Shown here in pieces: positions 1-10,146 of a stretch of 64,000 nt of DNA (the first letter of the stretch is position 1; each line of letters starts with the position of its first letter). A model generated the notes under the pieces. That model was not told where the DNA came from. It was given only the letters and a program-made list of their open reading frames with translations, and ran no database searches. Where the stretch lies: positions 220,094 to 284,093 of the forward strand of contig CAVUZH010000015.1 in assembly GCA_963745835.1 (NCBI GenBank), read 5' to 3'. The position numbers and the translations under genes were made by a program. Origin of the DNA: an uncultured delta proteobacterium (GTDB lineage Bacteria > Desulfobacterota > Binatia > UBA9968).

Positions 1-357
1 GACAGCAAGGTCATAAACAACGTCGAGCCCCACCACAGACACGGGACCCGTTTGGCCCTTGGCATTGGTAACTTCAATCCTGTAGCGTTCGGGCGCGTGA
101 ATCAGCTTGGAAATGACATGATAATTTGTGACGATGTCACCGCGTTGTGTCGCGTAGAATCCGGTACCGATCGAAGCTTTCGCCGCCGAACCGATCTCGA
201 CCACTTCGATCCTAACAACATGTTCCGAATATTGACGGAAGATGTCGGGCGTCGAGGCCGCAGTTGCTTGGGCCGACACGGAGTTACCGGTAGACAGCGA
301 CAACAAAAAAGCCATCGACAAAACACACCAGAAGATCAGCGCACTGTTTCTTTTCAT
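1..357 (-). CDS. Trypsin-like (S1C/HtrA-type) serine protease, N-terminal part; runs off the window
   Basis: Own translation from ATG 357: MKRNSALIFWCVLSMAFLLSLS (signal-like)...SIGTGFYATQRGDIVTNYHVISKL...LDVVYDLAV. The GxGF, TNxHV and DLA motifs are typical of S1C proteases. Not in the ORF track because it is truncated. Confidence 0.8.
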   Translation of the reverse strand, partial: MKRNSALIFWCVLSMAFLLSLSTGNSVSAQATAASTPDIFRQYSEHVVRIEVVEIGSAAKASIGTGFYATQRGDIVTNYHVISKLIHAPERYRIEVTNAKGQTGPVSVVGLDVVYDLAV

Positions 358-602
358 CGTGAGTTTAATTGGGTGTTTTTTCGGTCGTGCGTCAAGCAAA
401 CGATGCTAACGCCGGCCGCAATCGCTAGTTCAGATACATACCCACTAACATTGTCCCCGCAATGACGGAAAAGATCGAACCTGCCTAACAAGACGGGACC
501 AGATGCAGCCTAAGCGGAATGATTGATGACTACGACGTCTCTTGTGCCGAAAGCCGCATTGACTTTATTTTTCGTTCTCATTTTATTTCTTTATGGATCA
601 CG

Positions 603-1805
603 TCAGGGCGCCTGATCCGCAATTCCTATCACTTCCTCGGCGCGCAACTCTTCGATCGCCTGGTCGGAATAACCGAGCTCGCGCAAGATCGCACCCGTAT
701 GCTCGCCCACGAGTGGCGGCGGCAGCGAAGGAGATTCGGTGAAATTGCGGTATCGCACCGGCGCGCCGACAAACTCCATCCGACCGGCAATTGGATGCTC
801 CACATTTTCAATGAGTTGGAGATGACGGACCTGCGGGTCGGCTAACGCCTCCGCGATATCGTGCAGCGGCACGACCGGAACATCGCGCGCTTCGAGGCAG
901 CGCAACCATTCTTCTCTGCTTTTGGTTTTAAATGTTGGTGCCAGGGCTTCTTCGAGGCATTCATAGTTTTGCCGTCGCGCATCTCGCGTAGCAAACCTTT
1001 GGTCGACGGCAATGTCCATTCGTCCAGTCGCGTCCAACAACGCGAGCCAAAATTTCTCCGGCACGGAACAATGGATCGCCAGCGGCAACCCGTCCCCACA
1101 TATGAACGCAAAGGCGTGGGCGTTTTTAACCCGCGCCATCCGGTTCGGCACACTCCCGCTGCGCAAATAGCCCGCGGCGCTTTCGCCGATGAAAGAAAGT
1201 GTCGCCTGCAGCAGGGATGTTTCCACGCGGCAACCTTCGCCGGATTGGCCGCGCGCCAGCAACGCGCCGAGAATGCCGTAGCCCGCTGACATTCCGGTAA
1301 TATAGTCCGAAAGGGCCATGCCCATCACCTTTGGATCGTCTGAATCATTGAGTAAGCTCAGCAATCCGCTAACAGCCTGCCCCAAGGTATCGAATCCCGG
1401 CTTATCGACATACGGCCCGCTTTCACCGAAGGCGGAAATCGAACAGTAAACCAACCGCGGATTGAGCGCGCGGAGAGTTTCGTACGCCAAGCCCAAACGT
1501 TCAGCGGTTCCAGGACGAAAATTTTCGACGAAAACGTCCGCGCTTTTAAGCAGCTCGGAACAAATTTTTCTCCCATGCGCCGTTTTGAGATCGAGCACCA
1601 GGCTTTGTTTGTTCCGATTTAGATGCGCGAAATTGAAACTGTAATGCGGATCGGGAGCAAAATAACGGTACGGATCCCCTTGTGGCGGCGATTCGATCTT
1701 GATAACGCGAGCACCGAGGTTAGCCAACAACGCCGAAGCGTACGGACCGGTAACAAAGGTCGCGCACTCAAGAACGGTAACGTGTTGCAGGGCTTGGATC
1801 GGCAT
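603..1805 (-). CDS. CoA-transferase family III (CaiB/BaiF)
   Basis: GPYASALLANLGARVIKIE, NRNKQSLVLDLK, DVFVENFRPG and GFD motifs. Confidence 0.95.
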   Translation of the reverse strand: MPIQALQHVTVLECATFVTGPYASALLANLGARVIKIESPPQGDPYRYFAPDPHYSFNFAHLNRNKQSLVLDLKTAHGRKICSELLKSADVFVENFRPGTAERLGLAYETLRALNPRLVYCSISAFGESGPYVDKPGFDTLGQAVSGLLSLLNDSDDPKVMGMALSDYITGMSAGYGILGALLARGQSGEGCRVETSLLQATLSFIGESAAGYLRSGSVPNRMARVKNAHAFAFICGDGLPLAIHCSVPEKFWLALLDATGRMDIAVDQRFATRDARRQNYECLEEALAPTFKTKSREEWLRCLEARDVPVVPLHDIAEALADPQVRHLQLIENVEHPIAGRMEFVGAPVRYRNFTESPSLPPPLVGEHTGAILRELGYSDQAIEELRAEEVIGIADQAP

Positions 1806-1923
1806 GAAACTTTTCTTCCAAACGTGGCGAGATTCGGAGGTGACGGTGCGGGATCAGCCATTCTGCGCAGATCGATACCGCTCTCTAAAGATCACCGCGG
1901 ATCTGTTTTCGCGGTTGGCTCGA

Positions 1924-2613
1924 CTACACGTCCCATCCCTTGACGGAAATGTCAACGCCGTTGCCTTCGGGATCGTGAAGTCGCACTTCAGCAAACGGAA
2001 TGCGGCTGGGGCGGGCAGCGCCGCGGCGAATCCCCGCCTTTTCGGCGCGATCGCGGATCTGCTCGAGGTCATCTACGTGGAAACCGAAATGGTTAAACCC
2101 ATTCTTTTCCTCACGCACTCGCTGGTACAGAAGCGCGAGATTAAAATAGCCATCCGAAACGAAGATCGACGAGCGATCGCTGTGCGCGACTTCCTTCATG
2201 CCAAACGCATCGCCGTAAAAATTCGACAGTCGTTTGGGATCGGCGGTGTAAAGCGCGATATGCCGTATGGGATAGCGGGTTTTCTCCGGCGCCAGACCGA
2301 AGTCTTTGGTCGTAAGATCGATCAGATTCTGATCAGGGTCAGCCACCTGAGCCTCGCTTTGCGGCGAAGCCTGCCCGCCCTTTTCTGATTTCTGCGCAAC
2401 CTTGCCCAGATCTTCGACTTGAAAGCCGCTGGCGTGGAGTCCCGTGGAATCTTCCTTACTCTCTTTGAGGAAGGCAAGGGTGAACACGCCGTCCGAAAGA
2501 CGAACCAACTCGGGATCGTCCGTGACGGTTTTCAGTTCGAAAACCGAACGGTAAAAATCCGCAACGCGGCTGGGCTCTTGCGCTTTGATCGTGAGACAAC
2601 GTAGCTGAGACAT
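1924..2613 (-). CDS. Two-domain VOC (glyoxalase/extradiol dioxygenase-like) protein
   Basis: IRHIAL, NHFGFHVDD and DPEGNGVDIS motifs, with a degenerate N-terminal repeat of the same fold. Confidence 0.85.
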   Translation of the reverse strand: MSQLRCLTIKAQEPSRVADFYRSVFELKTVTDDPELVRLSDGVFTLAFLKESKEDSTGLHASGFQVEDLGKVAQKSEKGGQASPQSEAQVADPDQNLIDLTTKDFGLAPEKTRYPIRHIALYTADPKRLSNFYGDAFGMKEVAHSDRSSIFVSDGYFNLALLYQRVREEKNGFNHFGFHVDDLEQIRDRAEKAGIRRGAARPSRIPFAEVRLHDPEGNGVDISVKGWDV

Positions 2614-2660
2614 AAATCCTCCTTGATCCCTGGATCAGGGCTCCCGGTCATGGCGGCTGA

Positions 2661-3908
2661 TCATCGCGGTGCCACGAGTATTTCGTCACGCGGAAAGTAG
2701 TCCATGATCTCCGCGCCGTTTTTTGTTACCACTAGCATGTTTTCCAAGCGCGCGCCGCCGACTCGGGTCTCTCCCTCGCGGGATTCCACCGCGATGGTCA
2801 TGCCTTCTTCGAGAAGCTGCGGATGCTCGAATGACCACAACCGGTTGATGATCGGAGCGTCGTAACCGGTGCTGGTGCCAAGCCCTATGCCGTGGCCGAT
2901 CTCGCTGGCGAGCACTTCGACTTCGCTCTTATAGCCCCACTTGCTCGCAGGTGGAAAATGCTTCGCCGCATCCGCTGTCGTCTTGCCCGGCTTGATCTCT
3001 TCGATCACCGCATCGAGGCGCTCGCGAACTTCTTTATACCAATCTTTTTCTTTGGCCATCGGATCGCGGCCGACCATAAAGGTCCGGTAGGTGCAACTGC
3101 CATAACCCATGTAAGTGGCGCCGCAGTAGGAGCCGTACACCAGGTCGCCGACCTGGATGATACGATTGGTTGCATGACAGCCGCGATCGAAAGTCATCGG
3201 CCCGCTCCGCCAACCTCCCGGCACCGCAGCTTCCAAACCGATCTGATAGCCTGCGCTGGCCCCGACAGTCATTAGATCCGTATCTCGCATTCCCGGCTTC
3301 AAATTTTCCCAAATTCGATACCAGACGCCATCGACCATTGCCGCGCAGGTCTTCAAGCAACTGATCTCATCCTGATTTTTAACCATGCGGGCTTCGAGCA
3401 GGAGCTGCCGTGTGTCGACGATGTTTTTAACGCCGGCATTGACCAACGCTTCGCGCGCATTGCCGTCGAAGCTGCCTAATCCCAGTTTCTCGCCAAGCAG
3501 CCCGCGTTTCTCGAGCTCGGTTTTGATTTCCGCCGCAAAAGCTTTGGCCTCCGCCGCGCAGGCTTCCGGACCCGGCGAACCGGTGAGCCAGGACCGCGCC
3601 GGGCGCCACTCTTTGATCCAGGGGCATTGGTCCGGCATCTGATGATAGTAACCATTATGCTCGTACATCACCGCATCGTGCTCGGCAAAAAACAGCACGT
3701 AACGGCACATGGGATAGGCAAAACCCTTAAGCGCGGTGAGATAACGAATATTGTGGTGATTGGCTTCGAGCAGCGCGGCGATGCCGTATTTGCGCATCAG
3801 CATTTGCGCGCGTTCAACCCGCTGCCGGCGCATACGATCGGGATTGAATCGCTCCTGCCAATCCGCTGCTTCGGGACCGAACGTCAACTTGGCTGCGTAA
3901 TTAGGCAT
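2661..3908 (-). CDS. M24 family (Xaa-Pro peptidase/creatinase-like) hydrolase
   Basis: NIRYLT, RMVKNQDEI, GHGIG and RLENMLVVT motifs; AGGAGG RBS precedes ATG 3908. Confidence 0.9.
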   Translation of the reverse strand: MPNYAAKLTFGPEAADWQERFNPDRMRRQRVERAQMLMRKYGIAALLEANHHNIRYLTALKGFAYPMCRYVLFFAEHDAVMYEHNGYYHQMPDQCPWIKEWRPARSWLTGSPGPEACAAEAKAFAAEIKTELEKRGLLGEKLGLGSFDGNAREALVNAGVKNIVDTRQLLLEARMVKNQDEISCLKTCAAMVDGVWYRIWENLKPGMRDTDLMTVGASAGYQIGLEAAVPGGWRSGPMTFDRGCHATNRIIQVGDLVYGSYCGATYMGYGSCTYRTFMVGRDPMAKEKDWYKEVRERLDAVIEEIKPGKTTADAAKHFPPASKWGYKSEVEVLASEIGHGIGLGTSTGYDAPIINRLWSFEHPQLLEEGMTIAVESREGETRVGGARLENMLVVTKNGAEIMDYFPRDEILVAPR

Positions 3909-4049
3909 GGCTAACCTCCTGGACTGTTCGCTTCCAGTAGATACTTCAAGCTTGCGCTGCAATTCTTCACGCGAATCTATCTTGAACCACTCGCAGCTTG
4001 CAACAGTTCCTTGCGGCTATCCTGCGATAACCTCCTCAGTGCTTTTACG

Positions 4050-4081
4050 TTGAGCTGTTGAACGATTGAATTGTTGAACGT
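4050..4081. repeat. Four tandem degenerate 8-mers (TTGARYKN) in a divergent intergenic region
   Basis: TTGAGCTG TTGAACGA TTGAATTG TTGAACGT. Confidence 0.6.
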
Positions 4082-4168
4082 TTTATTCGTGCGTCACCTT
4101 CGATTGACCGTCATTACTTCCTGTAGTATGCAGCGAACCATGCGCGCTACTCTGATCTGGGTGAATGC

Positions 4169-5119
4169 ATGAAGCGAACATCGGCCGCACTGACTTGGGC
4201 AAGTTTGATTCTGGTCATTGCCGCTGTCGTTCCCGTCTGGTGCGCCGAGAAAAGCCTCGAGAAAGTTCGCATCGCGGTATCGTCGAAGTCGCTGGGATTT
4301 TTGGACGTGTGGGCGGCGCGCGAACGCGGCTTTTACCGCAAACATGGGATTGAAGCAGAAATCATCGCTATGCGCCCGCCGCTTACCATCGGCGCAATCC
4401 AGGCCGGCGAAATCGATTATGCCTTCGGCGCCAGTTCGATTTCTCGCGGCAGCATGTCGGGCGCCCCGGTAAAGATCGTCAGCCTGTCGCTCAGGACCTC
4501 GTTTCACACGCTGGTTGCGCGGTCGAGCATCAAATCGATCGCCGAGATAAAAGGCAAAACCATCGCCGTCACCATCGGCGCCGCCGATGATTTCGTCGCG
4601 CGCCTTTTGGTGCGCCGCGGCGGCCTCGACGTGCGCGATGTCAGTTTCGTCAACATGGGCGGATCGGACACGCGTTTTCCCGCGCTCGCGACCGGCAGAA
4701 TCGATGCGACTCCGCTTTCATTGCCCTTCTTCGTCATTGCCAAGCGGCAAGGCTACAATCTCTTGGGAAGCGCCGCCGATGTGATCGACATGGCGACCGT
4801 GGGCATAGGCACGTCGACACGCAAGATCCAGCAGGAACGCGAGCAGGTGAAGAAAATGCTGCGCGCGCAATTGGATACTCTGCGCTGGATCAAAACCCAA
4901 AAAGCCGAAGTCGTCCCATTTCTTCAGAAATACTTTGATCTGGAGGAAGATGTCGCGGCCGAATCCCATGCCATCTACTCGCGTCTCATCGTCGAGGACG
5001 CCAAACCCTTGGCGGAAGCGATTAAAACCGTTCTCGACCAGCAAGGAAAACCTGACCTGCCGTTGGACCGGGTGGTGGATTCCACTATCGTCGAAGAGGT
5101 TCTGCGCGAACGGAGATAA
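4169..5119 (+). CDS. ABC transporter substrate-binding protein, NMT1/SsuA/THI5-like
   Basis: Signal peptide; ARERGFYRKHGIEAE; IKGKTIAV; ALATGRIDA. Confidence 0.9.
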   Translation: MKRTSAALTWASLILVIAAVVPVWCAEKSLEKVRIAVSSKSLGFLDVWAARERGFYRKHGIEAEIIAMRPPLTIGAIQAGEIDYAFGASSISRGSMSGAPVKIVSLSLRTSFHTLVARSSIKSIAEIKGKTIAVTIGAADDFVARLLVRRGGLDVRDVSFVNMGGSDTRFPALATGRIDATPLSLPFFVIAKRQGYNLLGSAADVIDMATVGIGTSTRKIQQEREQVKKMLRAQLDTLRWIKTQKAEVVPFLQKYFDLEEDVAAESHAIYSRLIVEDAKPLAEAIKTVLDQQGKPDLPLDRVVDSTIVEEVLRERR

Positions 5120-5121
5120 GT

Positions 5122-6223
5122 ATGTCAGAGCAAGCCATGCGTGTCATCGATATCGACGGGCATGTTCGAGAGGCCGATGATTTGTGGCAACGTTATCTCG
5201 AGCAGCCGTTTCGCGCCCGCGCGCCAAAGATCGAGAGAGTCGCCAACGGGCAGCTGCTGTTTGTTCTCGAAGGCAAGCGCCACCATCGCAAGCCCGACGA
5301 AACACCTTTTCGTCTCAAAGGACGACGGCTCGCCCGTCAATGAACATCGCGATCTGGCAACCGATCCGCGCGCCAGGCTTAAAGATATGGATCGCGACGG
5401 CATCGAACGGGGTCTGCTGTTTCCATCGGCCGGCTTGTACCTGACCTCGGTGGAAGAGGAAAGTTATGCGGCGGCATTGTGTCGCGCCTACAACAACTGG
5501 CTCTACGATTATTGCGGCGCGGATCGCGGGCGGCTGCTGGCCGTCGGCGCGATTCCCGTGCAGGACGTCAATGCCGCGGTTGCAGAAACCCGCCGGGTGG
5601 TTAACGAACTCGGCTTCAAGGCGATTTTTGTGCGGCCTAATCCGGTTAAAGGCCGCACCCTCGATGATCCCTACTACGACCCGCTCTACGATACGCTGCA
5701 AGAGCTGGGCGTGCCGTTGATGGTGCACGAGGGCTCCGGCGCTTATCTGCCAACCGCCGGTGTCGACCGTTTCGCCGGGGAGTGGTTCTTCACGCATACG
5801 ATTTCCCATCCGTTCGAACAGATGCTTGCCAGCTTGGGTTTGATCTGCAAGGGAACTCTGGAACGCCATCCCAGACTGCAGGTCGTCTTTCTCGAAGCCG
5901 GGGCCGGATGGCTGCCCTACTGGCTATGGCGCATGGATGAGCATTACGAGATTCTTCCGTTTCAAGTGCCATGGCTGAAAATGAAACCGAGCGACTATTT
6001 CCGCCGCCAGTGCTTCACCTCGTGCGAGCCCGACGAAACCCGTTTGGGCGAAGTCATCGAGTCGATCGGCGCAGAGCGGGTTCTATTCGCATCCGATTAT
6101 CCGCATTGGGATGCCAAGCTGTCCGGTTCACCACAAGCAGTCATCGATCGCGCAGATATCGCCGCCGACGCGAAGAGAAGAATCATGGGTGAGAACGCCG
6201 CCCGACTATTGCGAATGGATTAG
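5122..6223 (+). CDS. Amidohydrolase_2 family protein (one frameshift near 5310)
   Basis: IDIDGHV in ORF 5122; DMDRDGI, YNNWL, LEAGAGW and FASDYPHWD in ORF 5141. Confidence 0.9.
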
Positions 6224-6316
6224 CGCCGGCAACCTATTGGATTTGTCTGTATCGTTCCGCTTACGTGATCCGAGTATTCTAGATAAGTTCGATTCAACAA
6301 GAGGATTGGAGGATTA

Positions 6317-7093
6317 ATGGCTGAAACACAAAAATTGGTTTCATCGATGGGCAAAGCTGAGCTCGATAAAATTTTCGTGCGCGGCTACGATCTGAATGAA
6401 CAACTGCTCGGCAAAATTTCTTTCGCGCAAATGGTTTATTTAATGATCGTCGGCCGCATGCCGACAGCGGAAGAAGGCCGCATGATCGATACCATGCTGA
6501 TCGTGCTAGTCGATCACGGCATGACCACCGGCGCGGCGGCGGCGCGAATGACGTTTCACTCCGCCCCTGAAGCGATCCAAGGAGCGGTCGCCGCGGCCAT
6601 TCTCGGCGCCGGCAGCGTTCATCTCGGCTCTTCGGAACACTGCGCGAAAATGCTTCATGATGCATTGCCGCCGGACTCGAAAGAGACCGATCTCGACGCC
6701 ATCGCTCAAGCAGCCGTGGAGAAGCGGCTCGCCAATAAACAAGTCGTGCCGGGCATCGGTCATGGCATTCACACTGGCGGTGATCCGCGCGCCGAGAGAT
6801 TATTTCAAGTTGCGCAAGAAACAAAAGTCTACGGCCGCTATTGCGAGCTGCTGCGAAAAATCGGCAAAGTCGCGGACCAACGGGTGGGCAGACATCTGCC
6901 GGTAAACGTCACTGGCGCCATCGCGGCAATCTCGATGGACATGGGCTTGCATTGGCAGATGTCCAAGAGCTTTGCCATCCTAGGCCGCGCCTTGGGAGGG
7001 CTCGCTCATGTGGGCGAAGAAATCCGCCGGCCCATCGCCCGCGGCATCTCCAATTTGATTCGCGACAATCTGCAATACGAACCGGAGAAGTAA
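6317..7093 (+). CDS. Citryl-CoA lyase-like (citrate synthase fold) protein
   Basis: VRGYDL, LVDHG, PGIGHGIH..DPR and LPVNVTGAI motifs; 258 aa. Confidence 0.85.
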   Translation: MAETQKLVSSMGKAELDKIFVRGYDLNEQLLGKISFAQMVYLMIVGRMPTAEEGRMIDTMLIVLVDHGMTTGAAAARMTFHSAPEAIQGAVAAAILGAGSVHLGSSEHCAKMLHDALPPDSKETDLDAIAQAAVEKRLANKQVVPGIGHGIHTGGDPRAERLFQVAQETKVYGRYCELLRKIGKVADQRVGRHLPVNVTGAIAAISMDMGLHWQMSKSFAILGRALGGLAHVGEEIRRPIARGISNLIRDNLQYEPEK

Positions 7094-7158
7094 TACGGTT
7101 CGGCGCGAAGTAATTGAAAGGTCCTCGAACGGGAAGCCTCGTGCTCTAAGCGACCGGG

Positions 7159-8805
7159 ATGACCGGAACTAAAATGTCGCCTGACACTCACACCACAATA
7201 CCGGTCCTTATAGTCGGCGGCGGACCAGTTGGATTAACGCTCGCGCTGGAGCTCGGCTGGCGCGGCATCCGCTGTCTGCTAGTCGAGCCTAATGAGAACT
7301 TTGACGGCAATCCCAAAGCCAAGACGGTCCACCAGCGGACGCTGGAGCTGTTTCGTCGCTGGGGCCGAGGCATTCCCGAGAAATTGCGCGCGGCGGCGCC
7401 TCTCGGCGCGGACTTTCCCTCGACCATCTTGTACGTCACCCGGCTAACGGGCCAGCTGATCACGGCGTTGCGCAATGCCACCCCCGCCGATAGCGGCAAC
7501 CGCTTCAGTCCCGAGCGAACATTGCGCATCCCGCAGTCGTTCCTGGAACCCGTCCTGCGTGAGGAAGTACGGCAGATGCCATCTGTCATTCTTCGGTTGG
7601 GCTGGAAGCTGGAGCGCTTCGAACAGAGGCCCGGTGAGATCCGGGCCGAGATCGTGCACGCGGAGAGCGGAGCGCGCCAGGAAATTTGTGCGCGATACGT
7701 GGCCGGCTGCGACGGCGGCCGAAGCACGGTCCGCAAGCAGCTGGGCATCCGCATGGATCATTGGCCAGGTCTCAAACAAGCGCTCGGAGGCGTTTTCCGC
7801 GCGCCGACGTTGTGGTCTACGCTGACCTTTGAAAAGGCCTTCCACTATAATGTCTTGAATGACGACTTGCCGCACCTCGCCGTGGTTGGTCCGCTGCACC
7901 CGCCGGACGCGTGGTTCTTCGACTTGATGGGCGTCGACCCTGACACCCTCGATCCAGCTGAGGTCATCCGCAACATCGTTGGCCGGCCAATCCCATTTGA
8001 GTTACAGCACGTCGCACCATGGACTGTCCACAACGCTCTGGCGGAGCGCTATCGTCAAGGCGGTGTTTTCCTGTTGGGCGATGCTGCCCACCTGCAGTCG
8101 CCGAGCGGCGGCTACGGCATGAACGGCGGCGTCGGCGATGCCGTCAACTTCGGCTGGAAATTGGCAGCCGTCCTCCAAGGCTGGGGCGGCGAGGATTTGC
8201 TGGACACGTACGAGATCGAGCGACGTCAATTCCACGTCCGAGCTCTAGAGGAGTCGATCCGGAACGCAGAGGACAACGAACTCCTTACACCGGGCCTCGA
8301 GGACCCCATCGATGGTCCAACTCTACGCCAAACGTTGGCGGAGCGGATTCAGCTGACCAAGCCTAAGAACTTCCAGAGTTTGGGCGTAAGCCTCGGCTAT
8401 CGCTACTCGACCTCCCCGGTTATTTTGCCGGACGGCACGCCACGGACGCCGTACGAGACCTCGCGCTACATCCCAACAGCTCAGCCGGGCCACCGCGCCC
8501 CTCATACCTGGCTACCCGATGGCACGGCATTGTTCGACCACTTTGGCCAGGGCTTCACGCTTCTGAGGCTCGGATCGAGCGAGGCGGACTGCTCCAGTCT
8601 CGAGCGTGCCGCCTGCAAGCGTGGAGTGCCGCTCACCGTCTTGCGACGCTCCGAGCCCGAGCTTCGCGAGCTCTATCAGTCCGACTTGGTCCTTGTGCGC
8701 CCGGACCAGCACGTCAGCTGGCGTTCTGACACGGAGCCGGAGAATCCCGCTGCTGTCATCGATATTGTTCGCGGCGCTTTTAATGAGGCGGAGCGTAACC
8801 GATGA
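7159..8805 (+). CDS. FAD-dependent monooxygenase (FAD_binding_3, aromatic hydroxylase type); alternative start 7174
   Basis: GGGPVG, GCDGGRSTVR, LLGDAAH..SP.GGYGMNGG, PGHRAPH and LVRPDQHV motifs. Confidence 0.95.
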   Translation: MTGTKMSPDTHTTIPVLIVGGGPVGLTLALELGWRGIRCLLVEPNENFDGNPKAKTVHQRTLELFRRWGRGIPEKLRAAAPLGADFPSTILYVTRLTGQLITALRNATPADSGNRFSPERTLRIPQSFLEPVLREEVRQMPSVILRLGWKLERFEQRPGEIRAEIVHAESGARQEICARYVAGCDGGRSTVRKQLGIRMDHWPGLKQALGGVFRAPTLWSTLTFEKAFHYNVLNDDLPHLAVVGPLHPPDAWFFDLMGVDPDTLDPAEVIRNIVGRPIPFELQHVAPWTVHNALAERYRQGGVFLLGDAAHLQSPSGGYGMNGGVGDAVNFGWKLAAVLQGWGGEDLLDTYEIERRQFHVRALEESIRNAEDNELLTPGLEDPIDGPTLRQTLAERIQLTKPKNFQSLGVSLGYRYSTSPVILPDGTPRTPYETSRYIPTAQPGHRAPHTWLPDGTALFDHFGQGFTLLRLGSSEADCSSLERAACKRGVPLTVLRRSEPELRELYQSDLVLVRPDQHVSWRSDTEPENPAAVIDIVRGAFNEAERNR

Positions 8806-9004
8806 GCAATGAATTCGCAGCCAGGTCTCTAAAGCAGAGTAACCAGTTTATTGTTTCGCCTTACACGCTTACTGCGCACAAGTTGGGAGGAGCGGGTGTG
8901 TATCAACGCCACTGTCGCAACCGTGCGTAAAGGCGTTCACTATTTTATAAGGACCAAGCGGCCGCGGTTTGTCTGATCATTCTCTGGCGGCTGAAGGAAA
9001 GTAC

Positions 9005-10042
9005 ATGAATTTATTTCGCACGCTGTTAAATTGTTTACTCTTAGTCGCCGTACTGTCGAGCAACGCCCGTGCCCAAGCCGATCCGTTCTTCAAAGGCAAG
9101 CAAATCAAAATTATCGTTGGCTTTACCGCCGGTGGAATCGTCGATTTATGGGCCCGGTTGTTTACCCAATACATGGGCAAATACATTCCCGGCAATCCCG
9201 ACGTGATCGTTCAAAACGTGCCCGGCGGCGGCTCGATGATCGCGGCTAACCAGCTTTATAACATTGCCAAGCCGGACGGGCTGACTCTGGGAATGGTTTC
9301 CACCGGGCTCTACTTCGATCAACTGATGGGACGTAAGGAAGTTCAATTCGATTGGGGTAGGTTTGGTTGGATAGGTTCGCCGGTGCGCAATTTCGAAGTA
9401 CTGACAATGCGCGCTGATACGCCGTTTCGAACCATTGAGGATATTCAGAAAGCATCGCAGCCGCCGCGCTGCGGCACCACAGGCACAGGCGCCACCGGCC
9501 ACTATTTTCCGAAATTCATCGATGAGTCGCTCGGCGCAAACATTCAAATCGTATTGGGCTATCCAGGGAACCGGGATGTTGAAGTGGCCATCGAACGTGG
9601 CGAGGTTCACTGCTACGCGATCACCAAGGAGGCATTCCTGCGCGATCCCGGTCGTTCGTGGCTGAAGAAAGGATTTGTCCGCGCGCTGGTGCAAGGCGGC
9701 CAAAAACGCGATCCTTTGTTTCCGGATACACCGACGATATATGAGCTGATGGACAAGCACAAAACTCCCGAGGAGCTGAAACGTTTTGCGTCGGTGCTGC
9801 TCTCACCCGGCGCCATCGGCCGGCCGCTGATGACGCCGCCGAATATGCCGGCGGAAAGACTCAAAACACTCCGCGATGGCTACGCTAAAATGATCGCCGA
9901 CCCGGATTTTCTCGCCGACGCCAAAAAACGCGAGTGGGATGTGGAATACATTAGTGGGGAAGATCTGGAAGCAATGGCTAAGAAAGCGGTAAATCAGTCG
10001 CCGGACACGATCGCGCGACTTAAGAAGATCTTGGCGGAATGA
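9005..10042 (+). CDS. Bug/TctC family tripartite tricarboxylate transporter substrate-binding protein
   Basis: Signal peptide; IIVGFTAGG..D; QNVPGGG; AKPDGLTL. Confidence 0.9.
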   Translation: MNLFRTLLNCLLLVAVLSSNARAQADPFFKGKQIKIIVGFTAGGIVDLWARLFTQYMGKYIPGNPDVIVQNVPGGGSMIAANQLYNIAKPDGLTLGMVSTGLYFDQLMGRKEVQFDWGRFGWIGSPVRNFEVLTMRADTPFRTIEDIQKASQPPRCGTTGTGATGHYFPKFIDESLGANIQIVLGYPGNRDVEVAIERGEVHCYAITKEAFLRDPGRSWLKKGFVRALVQGGQKRDPLFPDTPTIYELMDKHKTPEELKRFASVLLSPGAIGRPLMTPPNMPAERLKTLRDGYAKMIADPDFLADAKKREWDVEYISGEDLEAMAKKAVNQSPDTIARLKKILAE

Positions 10043-10146
10043 GCCATTCTGAGCAAGTCGAGCGAGCTTTGACTCTGGCCCGTTTAGAAAAATCACAAAT
10101 GTCTGTGGGGCATCTTAGCGCCTCACCATAGTAGGAGAGAAAATCT

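Noticed and set aside
483-515. GCCTAACAAG resembling an attC inverse core
   Set aside because: No matching GTTRRRY or inner boxes, and no cassette context
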